The position numbers were made by a program, and so were the translations under genes. 64,000 bases of DNA, taken from Callorhinchus milii (lineage: Eukaryota). Location: NCBI RefSeq assembly GCF_018977255.1, contig NW_024704743.1, positions 89,964,001 through 90,028,000 on the forward strand. The letters run 5' to 3'. The notes beneath the pieces are model-generated. The model worked only from the letters and a program-made list of their open reading frames with translations. It was not told the DNA's origin and ran no database searches. Below, in pieces: positions 63,863 through 64,000 of the stretch (position 1 is its first letter; the number at the start of each line of letters is the position of its first letter).

Positions 63863-64000
63863 TACAGGATCTACAATAGCATGAAAAGACATATACATAG
63901 ACTCCTCCAATTGTTACACATTAAAAACTTTTTGAATGTAGATGTTTTCTTCTTTGCGTGCTAAAAGCATCAGCTGTCGGACGAGAAAACAATGTTGTAA

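Overview
Vertebrate genomic DNA, not prokaryotic. The repeat content (L2 and CR1 LINEs, tRNA-Ala-derived SINEs, DeuSINE-like SINEs) suggests a cartilaginous fish, probably a chimaera; this is inference. The window lies inside the RIMS2 (RIM2, presynaptic active-zone scaffold) gene on the minus strand. Three in-phase exons can be read: 56331-56159 (HRLGRDSQRGSDNISNKSSDSDVSDVSAVSRTSSASRMSSTSYMSVQSERPRSSKKI), a symmetric 282-nt Glu-rich cassette exon at 54194-53913, and 34556-34315 (VFTSKLQSRQMGPSGKNMTKSTSVSGDMCSLEKNDGSQSDTAVG...SQLSQT). The rest is intron rich in 5'-truncated retroelements, and almost all ORF-track entries are TE fragments or noise. The most striking unexplained structure is a recurring pattern at the 5' junctions of young L2 insertions. 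They carry locally templated inverted duplications joined by microhomologies: a 146-bp plus 36-bp two-jump patch at 22020-22196, a 19-bp snap-back at 40718-40760, and weaker cases at about 8505 and 18430-18520. Also seen are a Penelope-type minimal hammerhead ribozyme motif on the RIMS2 sense strand (37285-37344), a mini-Helitron-like element behind a patchwork of serial duplications, a 41-bp-stem hairpin, and inverted SINE pairs around the exons. TE boundaries are approximate, and family names come from recognition by eye, not a database search.
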